Below, in pieces: positions 42,138-51,787 of a DNA stretch of 64,000 bases. Position 1 is the stretch's first letter; each line of letters opens with the position of its first letter. The stretch comes from an uncultured Spirochaetota bacterium (GTDB lineage: Bacteria > Spirochaetota > Spirochaetia > SZUA-6 > Fen-1364), in contig CAVTHO010000003.1 of assembly GCA_963734545.1 (NCBI GenBank), positions 96,001 to 160,000 of the forward strand. The letters run 5' to 3'. The position numbers were made by a program, and so were the translations under genes. The notes beneath the pieces were generated by a model. It made no database searches, was not told where the DNA came from, and saw only the letters and a program-made list of their open reading frames with translations.

Positions 42138-43139
42138 ATGAAAGACTTGAAGGGTCGAGATCTGAAGGGAATCGCCGATTTCACCGCCGAGGAGATCGAG
42201 TTCACGCTCGAAGTCTCCCGGCTCCTGAAGCTCGAGCAGAAGATGGGAAAGCCCCACCGGCTGCTGGAGGGAAAGACGCTGGCAGCCATCTTCGAGACGC
42301 AGTCCACCCGGACGAGCATTTCCTTCGAGACGGCCATGACCCAGCTCGGCGGCCACATGATCTACCTGGACGAGAACCGGATGTGGGTCGGCACCGCGGC
42401 AGAGGAAGACTGGCACGACACGGTGAAGACCATCGACCGCTACGCGGACGCAATCGCCTACCGGGCGATCCGGCGTGATATGCTGGAAAACGCCGCGGAG
42501 TACGCCCGCATCCCTCTCATCAATGCGTCCTGCCCCGTGGAGCATCCCTGCCAGGCATTCGCGGACGTCATGACCATGATCGAGAAGAAGGGCCCGGTGA
42601 AAAAGGCCAAGGTTGCGCTCCTCTGGGGCTACCGGACCGCGAACCCTCCGGCAGGCCTGACCAACTCGCTCATGCTGATGGCGGGAAAGCTCGGGTTCCA
42701 GCTCGACGTGGCGTGCCCGGTGGGATTCGATCCCGACATGGGCGTCAAGTCGGAGGCGGACCGGGAGGCCGCAGCGAGCGGAGGGAGCGTGAAGATCGTC
42801 CGTTCCTACGAGGAGGCGGTGAAAGACGCCGACTTCGTCAGCATCTACTCGTGGGTGTCACCCGAAGTTTTCGCCAAGGGACTGGAGACGCACTTCAAGG
42901 GAGACCCTGAGTTCCAGGAGAAGAAGAAAAAGCTGAAGGACGCCTGGTGCGTGAACAAGAAGACCATGAGCATGGCCCCCCGGGACAGCAGGGTGATGCA
43001 CTGCATCCCGGTGTCGAGGAACAACGAGGTGACGGACGAGGTACTGAACTCTCCGCAGAGCATCATCTTCGACGAGGCGGAGAACAGGCTGCACACCGAA
43101 AAGGCGATCCTGGCGCTCCTCATGGGCGGCTACAGGTAA
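42138..43139 (+). CDS. Carbamoyltransferase (OTC fold; ArgF'/YgeW-like, substrate unknown)
   Basis: STRT, HPCQ, MHCIP and AENRLH motifs; lacks the ornithine-binding DxxxSMG. Confidence 0.85.
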   Translation: MKDLKGRDLKGIADFTAEEIEFTLEVSRLLKLEQKMGKPHRLLEGKTLAAIFETQSTRTSISFETAMTQLGGHMIYLDENRMWVGTAAEEDWHDTVKTIDRYADAIAYRAIRRDMLENAAEYARIPLINASCPVEHPCQAFADVMTMIEKKGPVKKAKVALLWGYRTANPPAGLTNSLMLMAGKLGFQLDVACPVGFDPDMGVKSEADREAAASGGSVKIVRSYEEAVKDADFVSIYSWVSPEVFAKGLETHFKGDPEFQEKKKKLKDAWCVNKKTMSMAPRDSRVMHCIPVSRNNEVTDEVLNSPQSIIFDEAENRLHTEKAILALLMGGYR

Positions 43140-43154
43140 GGCAGGGGCTTCGTG

Positions 43155-44462
43155 ATGAGAATCGTCCACTATATCAACCAGTTCTTCGCGGGAATCGGGG
43201 GGGAAGAAAAGGGCGGCTCCCCCCTCGAGCACTGCGATGGCCCCAAGGGCCCCGGCGTGGGCCTGCTTCCCCTCATGGGCGGCGAGGCCGAGATCGTGCG
43301 CACGATCTGGTGCGGTGACAACCTGATCAACCAGGAGCAGGAGCGGATCCTCGGTGAGATCGAGAAGCTGATCCGGGAAGTGAAACCCGACGTCGTGGTG
43401 GCCGGCCCGGCCTTCAACGCGGGCCGGTACGGGCTGGCGTGCGGCATGGTGGCGAAGCTGTGCACGGAAAAGCTCGGGATCCCCGCGCTCATCGGGCTGT
43501 TTCCCGAGAATCCCGCTGTCGAGATCTACCGCAAGGACGCCTATATCTATCCCTGCGCGGAGACCGCGGTGGGCATGCGCAAGGACCTGCCTGGCCTGGC
43601 GAAGCTCCTCGTGCGGCTGGCAAAGAACGGGAAGCTCGGGCCCGCGGCAGTGGAAGGTTACCTTCCCCGGGGGTACCGTTACAACGAGATCGTGGCAGCG
43701 AACGCCGCGGTGCGGTCCATCGAAATGCTGAAGAAGCGCCTCAAAGGGGAGAACCCCCTGACCGAGGTGCCCCTGCGGACCTTCGAGAAGGTTCCCCCGG
43801 CCGCGCCGGTGCGCAATCTCCGGGAGGCAACTGTCGCGATCGTTACCGGCGGCGGCATGGTGCCGAAAGGAAACCCGGACAAGCTGAAGCAGGCATTCGC
43901 CGATTCCTTCGGCACGTACTCGATCGCGGGAATGAACGAGCTGCCCGCGGGGGACTTCAAGGGCATTCACGGCGGCTACGACTCGACCTGGGTGGACGAG
44001 GACCCCGACAGGGTCGTTCCCGTCGACGTGCTGCGCGGCCTCGAGAAGGAAGGCAGGTTCAAGCGCCTCCTGAATGAGTACGTGGTGCTGTGCGGCATCG
44101 GCACCAATGTGGCCATGAGCAGGAAGCTCGGCGCCGACATCGCCGAGCAGCTCAAGAGAAGGGAGGTATCGGCCGCCATCTACACCTCCACATGAGGAAC
44201 CTGCACTCGTTGCGTGTCAACGATGCAGAAAGAGGCTGAAAGGGCCGGTATCCCCACAGCCTTGATCACCGCGATACCGTCCGTGGCGAAGTCGGTCGGG
44301 GTGAGCAGGATCATCACCGGAGGCGGCATCCCTTATCCGGTGGGCAACCCCTCCCTGCCCCGGGAGCGCGAGATCGAGTTCAGGAAGCGCCTCGTGGAAA
44401 AGGCGCTCGAGGCTGTCAGCACGGAGGTCAAAGGGCCCACCGTGTTCGATGTGAGCCTGTAG
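43155..44462 (+). CDS. grdB: Glycine/sarcosine/betaine reductase selenoprotein B (Sec at TGA 44193-44195)
   Basis: HYINQFFAGIGGEE, GPAFNAGRYG and HGGYD motifs; in-frame TST-U-GTCTRC continues into ORF 44214..44462. Confidence 0.92.
44201..44228 (+). promoter_or_regulatory. Putative SECIS hairpin of grdB
   Basis: CTGCA-C-TCGTTG-CGTGT-CAACGA-TGCAG, starting 5 nt after the UGA. Confidence 0.65.
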
Positions 44463-44474
44463 GCGGAGGGACAG

Positions 44475-45792
44475 ATGAGGCTGGAACGTGGTTACTTCCG
44501 CATCCGCAATCTCCTCTTCGGCGCGGAGACGTCCCTGGCGGACGGCGTGCTCACCGTGAACCGGGACGAGCTCACGCAGCGCGCTGCTGACGGAGGACCA
44601 GAACACCCAGGTCGCGTCCCTCACACTCGAGATCGTGAAGCCGGGTGAGGACGCGCGGATCGTGCACGTGCTGGACACGCTCCAGCCGGGGGTGAAGGTC
44701 GAGCGGGGAGGGCGAGTTCATGCCCGGCCAGCTCTGCGACCCGACGATCGTCGGGAGCGGCGACAACGCACCTGTTCGACAATCTCGCCGTGATGGAGTG
44801 CGCCGAGCTTCCGTGGGCGGGCAAGTCCGCGCTGCTGTACGCGCGGGATGCCATCGTCGACATGGTCGGCCCGGCCGCGGCCTACTCGCCGTTCTCCGAG
44901 ACCTTCAACCTCGTGCTGCGCATGACGATGAAGGACGGGGCAAGCGATGTGGAATACGACGAGATCGGTGCGGCACGCGGGGATCCGCGCGGCGCGATAT
45001 CTCGGCGCGGCTGCTCAAGGACCGCGCGCCCGAGGAGACCGAGACATTCGATTTCACGCGCCGGTGGACCCGAAGCTGCCCCGGGTGGCCTACGTGACCC
45101 AGTGCCAGAACCAGGGCACGTATTCGAACACGTTTCTCTACGGCAAGGAAGTGAGCAACCTCGTGCCCGTCAGCCTATTCGCCCACAGAGGTCATGGACG
45201 GCTGCATCGTGAGCGGCAACTACGTGTGGCCCTGCTTCAAGATTCCGTCCTTTCTCCAGGCGAACCTGCCCGTGGTCATGGAGCTCTCCCGAAGGCACGG
45301 CAAGAACGCTCAATTTCGTCGGCGTGGTCTTCGACAGAGGCCACAACAACTCCCACTTCGAGAAGCAGCGCGTTGCCAACCTGGCCGCCTCGCAGGTGCG
45401 GAGGCTCGGCGCGCAGGGCGTGGTCATTTCCTGGGAAGGCGGCGGCAACGCGGCAACGGACGCGATGCTCACGCTCCAGACCTGTGAGAAGTGGGGCATC
45501 AAGGCAGTGGCGTTCACCTTCGAGTTCGGCGGACCCGACGGCACAGAGGGCGTTCTTCTCGTGGACGACGTGCCCGGAGGCGAAGTACCTCGTGTCCGGC
45601 GGCTCCATCGAGAAGCCCACGCTGATCCCGAAGGTGAAGCGCGTGGCCGGCGGGGACGTGCTTCGGCTGCGCAAGGAAACGGGCGGAGAGCCCGAGCCGG
45701 CCGACGTCGAGCGGACACTGGACAACATCACCCCCTTCTATTGCGGGGGAAACCAGAGCGGAATCGGAAGGCTCGCGGGGGTGGGCTACTGA
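44475..45792 (+). CDS. Reductase component B proprotein, GrdE/GrdG/GrdI family (multiply frameshifted)
   Basis: IVKPGEDARI, IVDMVGPAAAYSPFS, LPRVAYV, DGCIVSGN and EGGGN..D motifs. Confidence 0.85.
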
Positions 45793-46959
45793 TGGACACC
45801 TGGGACATCGTGATCATCGGCGCGGGCACGGCGGGGCTCTCCTCCGGAATCTACGGGGCGCGCGCGAAACGCACGACCCTGATCCTGGACAGGAAGCGGC
45901 CCGGCGGCCAGACGGCACGACCGAAAAGATGGAGAACTATCCCGGCTTTCCCGAGGTCATCGGCGGGAGAGAGCTCACCGAGCGCTTCCGCAGGCACGCG
46001 GAGGCCATGGGCGCCCGCATCGAGCGCGGGGAGGCGGTCTCTTTCAGCGAGGACGACGGGGCGTACGTGGTCGGCACCCGAAGGAAGGCGAATCCTGTCG
46101 GGCGCGCAGCCTGATCCTGGCCCCCGGATGCGAGCCGCGCGCGCTGGGCATCCCGGGGGAGAAGGAGTTCGCGGGAAGGGGAGTGTCATCCTGCGCCACC
46201 TGCGACGCGGAGCTGTACGAGGGGGTGCGCGTCGTGGTCGTGGGAAGCGGTGATACGGCAGTCGAAGAGGCGGGCTTCATCAGCAGGTTCGCGGACGAGG
46301 TGGTGATGCTGGTGGTCCATGACGAAGGCACGCTGGACTGCAACCGGACCCAGGCCGAGACCGCGTTCGCGAACCCGAAGATCACGTGGATGTGGAACCG
46401 CTCGATTCTCGCGATCGAGGGAGAGGAGGCGGTGACGGGGGTGCAGGGTGAAGAACCTGCGCACCGAAGCGGAGGAGGCCGTGTCCTGCAGCGGGGTCTT
46501 CATTTTCGTGGGCACCGTGCCGCAGACGGCTTTCCTCGGTGACTTTGTCAGCCTTCGAAACGGCTTCATCGCCACCGACGAGAAGATGGAGACGAACCGG
46601 CCGCGCGTGTTCGCGGCCGGGGATGCCCGGGTCAAGGTGCTGCGCCAGGTGGTCACGGCAGCCTCCGACGGCGCGATCGCCGCGTTCCACGCGGACAAGG
46701 CGCTCACGGAGATCGACGAGTACGGGCGTTCGGTGCAGCGGGCGGGAAAAGAGTACCTCCTGTACTTCTACTCCCCGCCGGTGCAGAGGAGCCTCGACCT
46801 GTTTCCGCGCATGGAGGAAGAAGGCCGAGGCGCTCGGGCCTTCCCCTGATCAAGCTGGACACCTTCCGCTACCGGAGCGTGGCCGCGCGGTGCGGCGTGA
46901 CGGAGGTGCCGTGCCTGGTGCGGATGGAGAATGGTGACATGAAGGAATGCTGCGCTTGA
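45792..46959 (+). CDS. trxB: Thioredoxin reductase with C-terminal thioredoxin-like extension (frameshifted)
   Basis: IIGAGTAG, ENYPG, CATCD, GSGDTAVEEA, FAAGD and RQVVTA motifs. Confidence 0.9.
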
Positions 46960-46997
46960 AGCGCGCTCGACCTGAAATGGAAAGGAGGTGAATCAGC

Positions 46998-47459
46998 ATG
47001 CTGGAAGGAAAGAAGATCATTATTCTCGGGGACCGGGACGGGATACCGGGCGGCGCCATCGAGGCGTGCCTCGCGGGGAAAAACGTGGAGATCGTGTTCT
47101 CCACGACCGCGTGCTTTGTCTGAACGAGCGCCGGAGCAATGGACCTGGAGAACCAGAAACGGGTGAAAGCCCTGGCGGAGCAGATCGGCAAGGAGAACAT
47201 CGTCGTCCTCCTTGGCGGCGCCGACGCCGAGGCGAGCGGGCTGATCGCTGAAACGGTGATCGCCGGCGATCCCGCGTATGCAGGTGCATTGACAGGAGTC
47301 CAGTTGGGACTCCCCGCGTATCACATTCTCGAGCCCGAGATCAGGCAGGAGATCGATCCTGCCGTGTACGAAGCGAACATCGCAATGATGGAGATGGTGC
47401 TGTCCGTGGCCGACATCGTGAAAGAGGTGTCGTCCATCAGGAACAAGCTCCTCTCCTGA
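46998..47459 (+). CDS. grdA: Reductase selenoprotein A (Sec at TGA 47121-47123)
   Basis: RBS AAGGAGGT; MLEGKKIIILGDRDGIPG...ACFV-U-TSAGAMDLENQ, in frame with ORF 47139..47459. Confidence 0.93.
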
Positions 47460-47471
47460 CGGAGACGTGAA

Positions 47472-47792
47472 ATGACCGAGCTGGACAAGGACAACTTCGA
47501 CCAGACCGTGCTCGCGCACAAGGGCGTGTACCTGGTCGATTTCTGGAGCGAGACGTGCGAGACATGCCTGGACATGATGCCGCAGATCGAGACACTGGCG
47601 CGCGACCTCGAGGGTCGGGTCGGCTTCGGCAAGGTGAACATCCAGGGAAACAGGCGGCTGGCCATCCGTGAGAAGGTGCTCGGCCTTCCCAATATATCGA
47701 TCTACAAGGACGGGCAGAAGATCACCTCCTTCTCCCAGACATTCACGGCAGACCAGGTGAAGACGGCGGTGGAGGCGCTGATCGGTGGCTGA
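47472..47792 (+). CDS. trxA: Thioredoxin (Grd-associated type)
   Basis: VDFWSETCETC and NRRLAI..KVLGLP motifs. Confidence 0.85.
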   Translation: MTELDKDNFDQTVLAHKGVYLVDFWSETCETCLDMMPQIETLARDLEGRVGFGKVNIQGNRRLAIREKVLGLPNISIYKDGQKITSFSQTFTADQVKTAVEALIGG

Positions 47793-49334
47793 GCCCTTTG
47801 CCGTGGTCACGGCATGCTCCTACAATCTCTTTCCACTGCCCGTTCTTCACCGTGACGCACGGCACGACGCCCGGCGGCAGAGCGCGAGGCCGGTCCGGAT
47901 TCCGATTTTCTCAAGGCGCTTCCGAACCGCCTGCGCAGCTTCGCGGAGGCGAGCAGCTACGCGCCGAACCAGGTGTTCATAGGCAACCTGGATCCCCGGG
48001 ACCTGCCGGCCCGGCCCTGGCATTCGGCGCATACGGCGGGGTCCCGGGCCGAGGGAAGATTCGGCCGGATTCTCCAGGAGAAAAAGCTCTACGCTCTCGT
48101 GAAATTCGCGGACACCTTCGACCTCGTGCACCTCGCGGCCGATTTTCTCGACGAGGCGGCGGAGCTGCTCCGGGCCGACGATGCCCTGGGAGGCGCCGAC
48201 CTGTCTCGATTCAAGAACCCTGTCGACCCGGCCGCGCTCCGTGACGAGCTGGCCGCGGGCGCCCTTCCCCTCGTCAGTGACGGGAAAACACTCGGGTGCA
48301 TCAAGGCGGCGCATCCGCGCGACGTGAACCTCGCCGCGCACACGATGCTGGAGAACCTGAGCTCCAAGGCCACGGCGGTCTACGCGCTGCGCCGGCTCCT
48401 GGCAGACAATCGAATCGATCCGCGGAGCATCGACTACATCATCGAGACTTCCGAGGAGGCCTGCGGGGACATGAACCAGCGGGGCGGCGGCAACTTTGCC
48501 AAGTCCATCGGCGAGCTTGCCGCGCTCTCCAACGCGACGGGGTGCGACGTGCGCTCCTTCTGCGCGGGCCCCGTGCACGGCCTGCTGCAGGCCGCCTCGC
48601 TCATACGGGCCGGCTCCGTCGCAGCGGGTGGTGGTCGTGGCAGGCGGCACCACCGCCAAGCTCGCCATGAACGCGAAGAAACATCTGGAGAAGGGATTTC
48701 CCGTGCTGGAGGACTGCATGGGCTCCTTTGCCGTCTGCTGGAAGGGGGCGCCCCGTCCGGACTGCGCGTGCGCAATGACCTGACCGGGATGCTCCAGCAT
48801 CGGGTCCGGCTCCTCCCCCCAGGCGGTGATGCAGGACCTCGTGGCCGAGCCCCTGTCCCGGGCCGGTCTCCGCTTCTCGGACATCGACTGTCTACGCGCC
48901 CGAGCTCCAGAACCCCGAGATCACGGAGGCAGGCGGGCGCGGGCAACGTGACCCTCGCGAACATGAAGATGATCGCGGCCATGGCGGTCATGAAGAAAGA
49001 GATCGAGAAGCCGGACATGGACGCCTTCATTGCGGCGCACGGCACGTCCGGCTGGGCTCCGACCCAGGGGCATATCCCCTCGGGCATTCCCGCCCTCGGA
49101 TGGTTTCTCGTGTGGGCCCGGGCGGGCTCGCTGCGCCGCGGCATGCTCATCGGCAAAGGCAGCCTCTTCCTCGGACGCATGACCGGTCTTTTCGACGGGG
49201 TGTCGATTCTCCTGGAGGCAGGCCCTCAGGCCCGCGAGGAATCGGCGGCCGGGCAGAGCATGCGCGCGCAGCCGGCACGGCAGGCCGGAGCGCAGCCGGC
49301 GCCTGCAGGGGGCGGCCCCTGCGGATCGGCCTGA
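47785..49334 (+). CDS. grdC: Reductase component C beta subunit (frameshifted; possibly fused to grdD)
   Basis: SEEACGDMNQRGGGNFAK, NATGCD.R.FCAGP, APTQGHIPSG and GKGSLFLGRMT motifs. Confidence 0.9.
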
Positions 49335-50394
49335 CGATTCCCGGCTCGGAGAGCGGATACGCGGAGCTCAAACGCGGTGCCGAAGAGGCGCGCGCTCTCG
49401 AGCCCGACATCGAGCCTGTCCTCTTCGGGGAAGAAGGCGGGGACCCGGCTGCGGCGCACCGCGACATGGAGAAGGCGCTTGCAGAGGGCGCAATCCAGGC
49501 CGCGATCACTTTCCATTATCCGTTTCCCATCGGCGTGGCGACCGTCGGCCACATGAAGGCGCCGGGAAACGGAAATGACCTTTTCATCGCCACGACTACG
49601 GGCGCCTCCTCCTCCGACCGGGTGGAGGCGCTCGTGAAAAACGCCATTGCCGGCAACGCCGTCGCAAAGACGTTCGGAATCGCCCGGCCGAGCCTCGGGT
49701 TCCTCAACCTGGACGGGGCCGCGCGCGCCTTGAGCGTGATGCGGGACCTGGAGGCAGGCGGTTACCCGGTCAACCTGGTTCCGTCCATGCGGGGAGACGC
49801 CCTGCTCCGGGGGAACGACATCCTTGCCGGGACAGCGGATGTCCTGGTGTGCGATTCCCTCACAGGGAACGCGATCGTGAAGCTGCTCTCCGCGTTCTCG
49901 ACCGGCGGCAGGATCGAGACTGCCGGCAGCGGCTACGGACCCGGTGTCGGCGAAGGGGCGCCCCTGGTAGGGATCATCTCCCGGGCCACGGCCGGTCCAG
50001 TCGTTGCAGCCGCCATGGCGCTCATGGCCGGAATGGTCCGCGGAGGCCTCCGCACGGTGTACGGGGAGGAGGCGGCCCGGGCGGAAAAGGCGGGGCTTGC
50101 CGGGCTGCTTCGCACATTACGGCAGAAGTCCGCTGTTCGGGAACCCGCCTCCGCGCCGACGGCACCTGCTGCGGCGCGCCTGCTGCGGCCGCACCGGCCG
50201 GGCCCGCGAAGAAGGTCGTGCATCACGAGATCGAGGGCATCGATGTCCTCGAGATCCAGGACGCGGTGAGTCTCCTGCTCGCCGCGGGCATCTACTGCGA
50301 GCCGGCCATGGGCTGCACCGGTCCCGTCGTGCTCGTATCCGCGGAGGACGCGGACGCGGCAGCGGGGCGCCTGAGGGCAGCCCGATTCATATAG
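49319..50394 (+). CDS. grdD: Reductase component C alpha subunit (no clear own start codon; frameshift near 50180)
   Basis: AH..ME, HYPFPIGVATVG, IATTTG, RGND.L, GYGPG and MGCTGP motifs. Confidence 0.88.
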
Positions 50395-50480
50395 GAGCGT
50401 GTAGGGCAATGGCAGGCAACAAACAGTCGGGTAAGCGCGTGGATAGCCGCGCTTCGCGCGGCACGGGCTAGAGAGGGGTC

Positions 50481-51315
50481 ATGCAGTACCGCGCCGTACA
50501 AACCGTTGAAGAGGCCCTCACGCTGCTCGGCTCCGCGGAAAACGTGAGGCCCATCGCGGGCGGAACCGATCTCAGCGTGGTCATTGCCGACGGTCTTGTC
50601 GAGCCGGAGATGCTGCTTGACGTCAGCGCCATTCCCGCTCTGTGCGGGATCCGCCGGTCGGCGCAGGGGCTCGCAATCGGCGCGGCCGTCACCATCGCCG
50701 AGATCGCCTCGCGGAGTGACCTTCCCGCGTGCCTGGTGCAGGGCGCGCGCTCCATCGGCTCGCCCCAGATCCGGAACCTCGCCACCATCGGGGGCAATAT
50801 CTGCAACGCATCCCCCTGCGGGGACACGCTTGCGCCCCTCGTGGCGCTCGACGCCTCGTTCGTTCTCGCCTCGGCGGCAGGCCCGCGCACGGTCCCTGCC
50901 GAAGAGTTCTTCCTCGGCCCGAAGAAGACGGTGCTGCGGCGCGGCGAGCTTCTCGTGGAGATACGCATCGGCGCGCCATGCCTGGCAGGCAGGTCGGCGT
51001 TCCGGATGATCGGCAAGAGGAACGGACAGGCAATCTCGCAGGTCAATGCCGCCGTGTGGCTCGCCCTGCAGGAGGGACGCATCGGAGAAGCCAGGGCAGC
51101 GGTCGGCTCGGTGGCGCCGGTGCCGCTGCGGCTGCGGGAGACCGAGAAGCTCCTGAGGGGGAGTGATCCGACCGGGCATCGAAATCCGGAAAGTCCTGGA
51201 ATGCGTGGACCGCGAGATCGCGCCCATCAGCGACGTCCGCGCGAGCGTGGAATACCGCAGGCTCGTCACGGGAGCGCTCTTTCGGGAGGCGCTTCTCGAG
51301 GCGCTGGCAGGCTGA
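50481..51315 (+). CDS. Xanthine dehydrogenase family FAD-binding subunit (frameshift near 51180)
   Basis: AGGTDL, QIRNLATIGGN..NASP.GD and DVRAS.EYR motifs. Confidence 0.9.
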
Positions 51316-51325
51316 GGGAGGGGCA

Positions 51326-51787
51326 ATGCGCATCGAGTTCACCTGCAACGGACAGAATGTGGCCGTGGACGCGGAGCCCGACATGCGGGTGCTCGATCTG
51401 CTGCGGGACATCCTCGGTCTCACGGGGACCAAGGAGGGCTGCGGCAGGGGAGAATGCGGCGCGTGCACGATCCTGCTGGATGATGCGCCGGTAAATGCGT
51501 GCCTCCTGTACGCGGCAAAGCTGCAGGGCCGGTCCGTGGAGACGATCGAAGGGATTGCCCGGCAGGATGGAGAGCTGCACCCGATCCAGGAAGCGTTCCT
51601 CGATGAGGGCGCGGTACAGTGCGGATACTGCACCCCCGGAATGGTCCTCAGCACGAAAGCTCTATTAATGAAGAATCCGACACCGGATGTCGCGGACATC
51701 GAAGAGGCGCTGAGCGGCAACTTCTGCCGGTGCACGGGCTACGGGAAGATCGTGCGGGCGGTGCAGAGGGCGAGCGGCACGCCATGA
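51326..51787 (+). CDS. Xanthine dehydrogenase family 2Fe-2S subunit
   Basis: GCGRGECGACT, QCGYCTPG and CRCTGY motifs. Confidence 0.93.
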   Translation: MRIEFTCNGQNVAVDAEPDMRVLDLLRDILGLTGTKEGCGRGECGACTILLDDAPVNACLLYAAKLQGRSVETIEGIARQDGELHPIQEAFLDEGAVQCGYCTPGMVLSTKALLMKNPTPDVADIEEALSGNFCRCTGYGKIVRAVQRASGTP

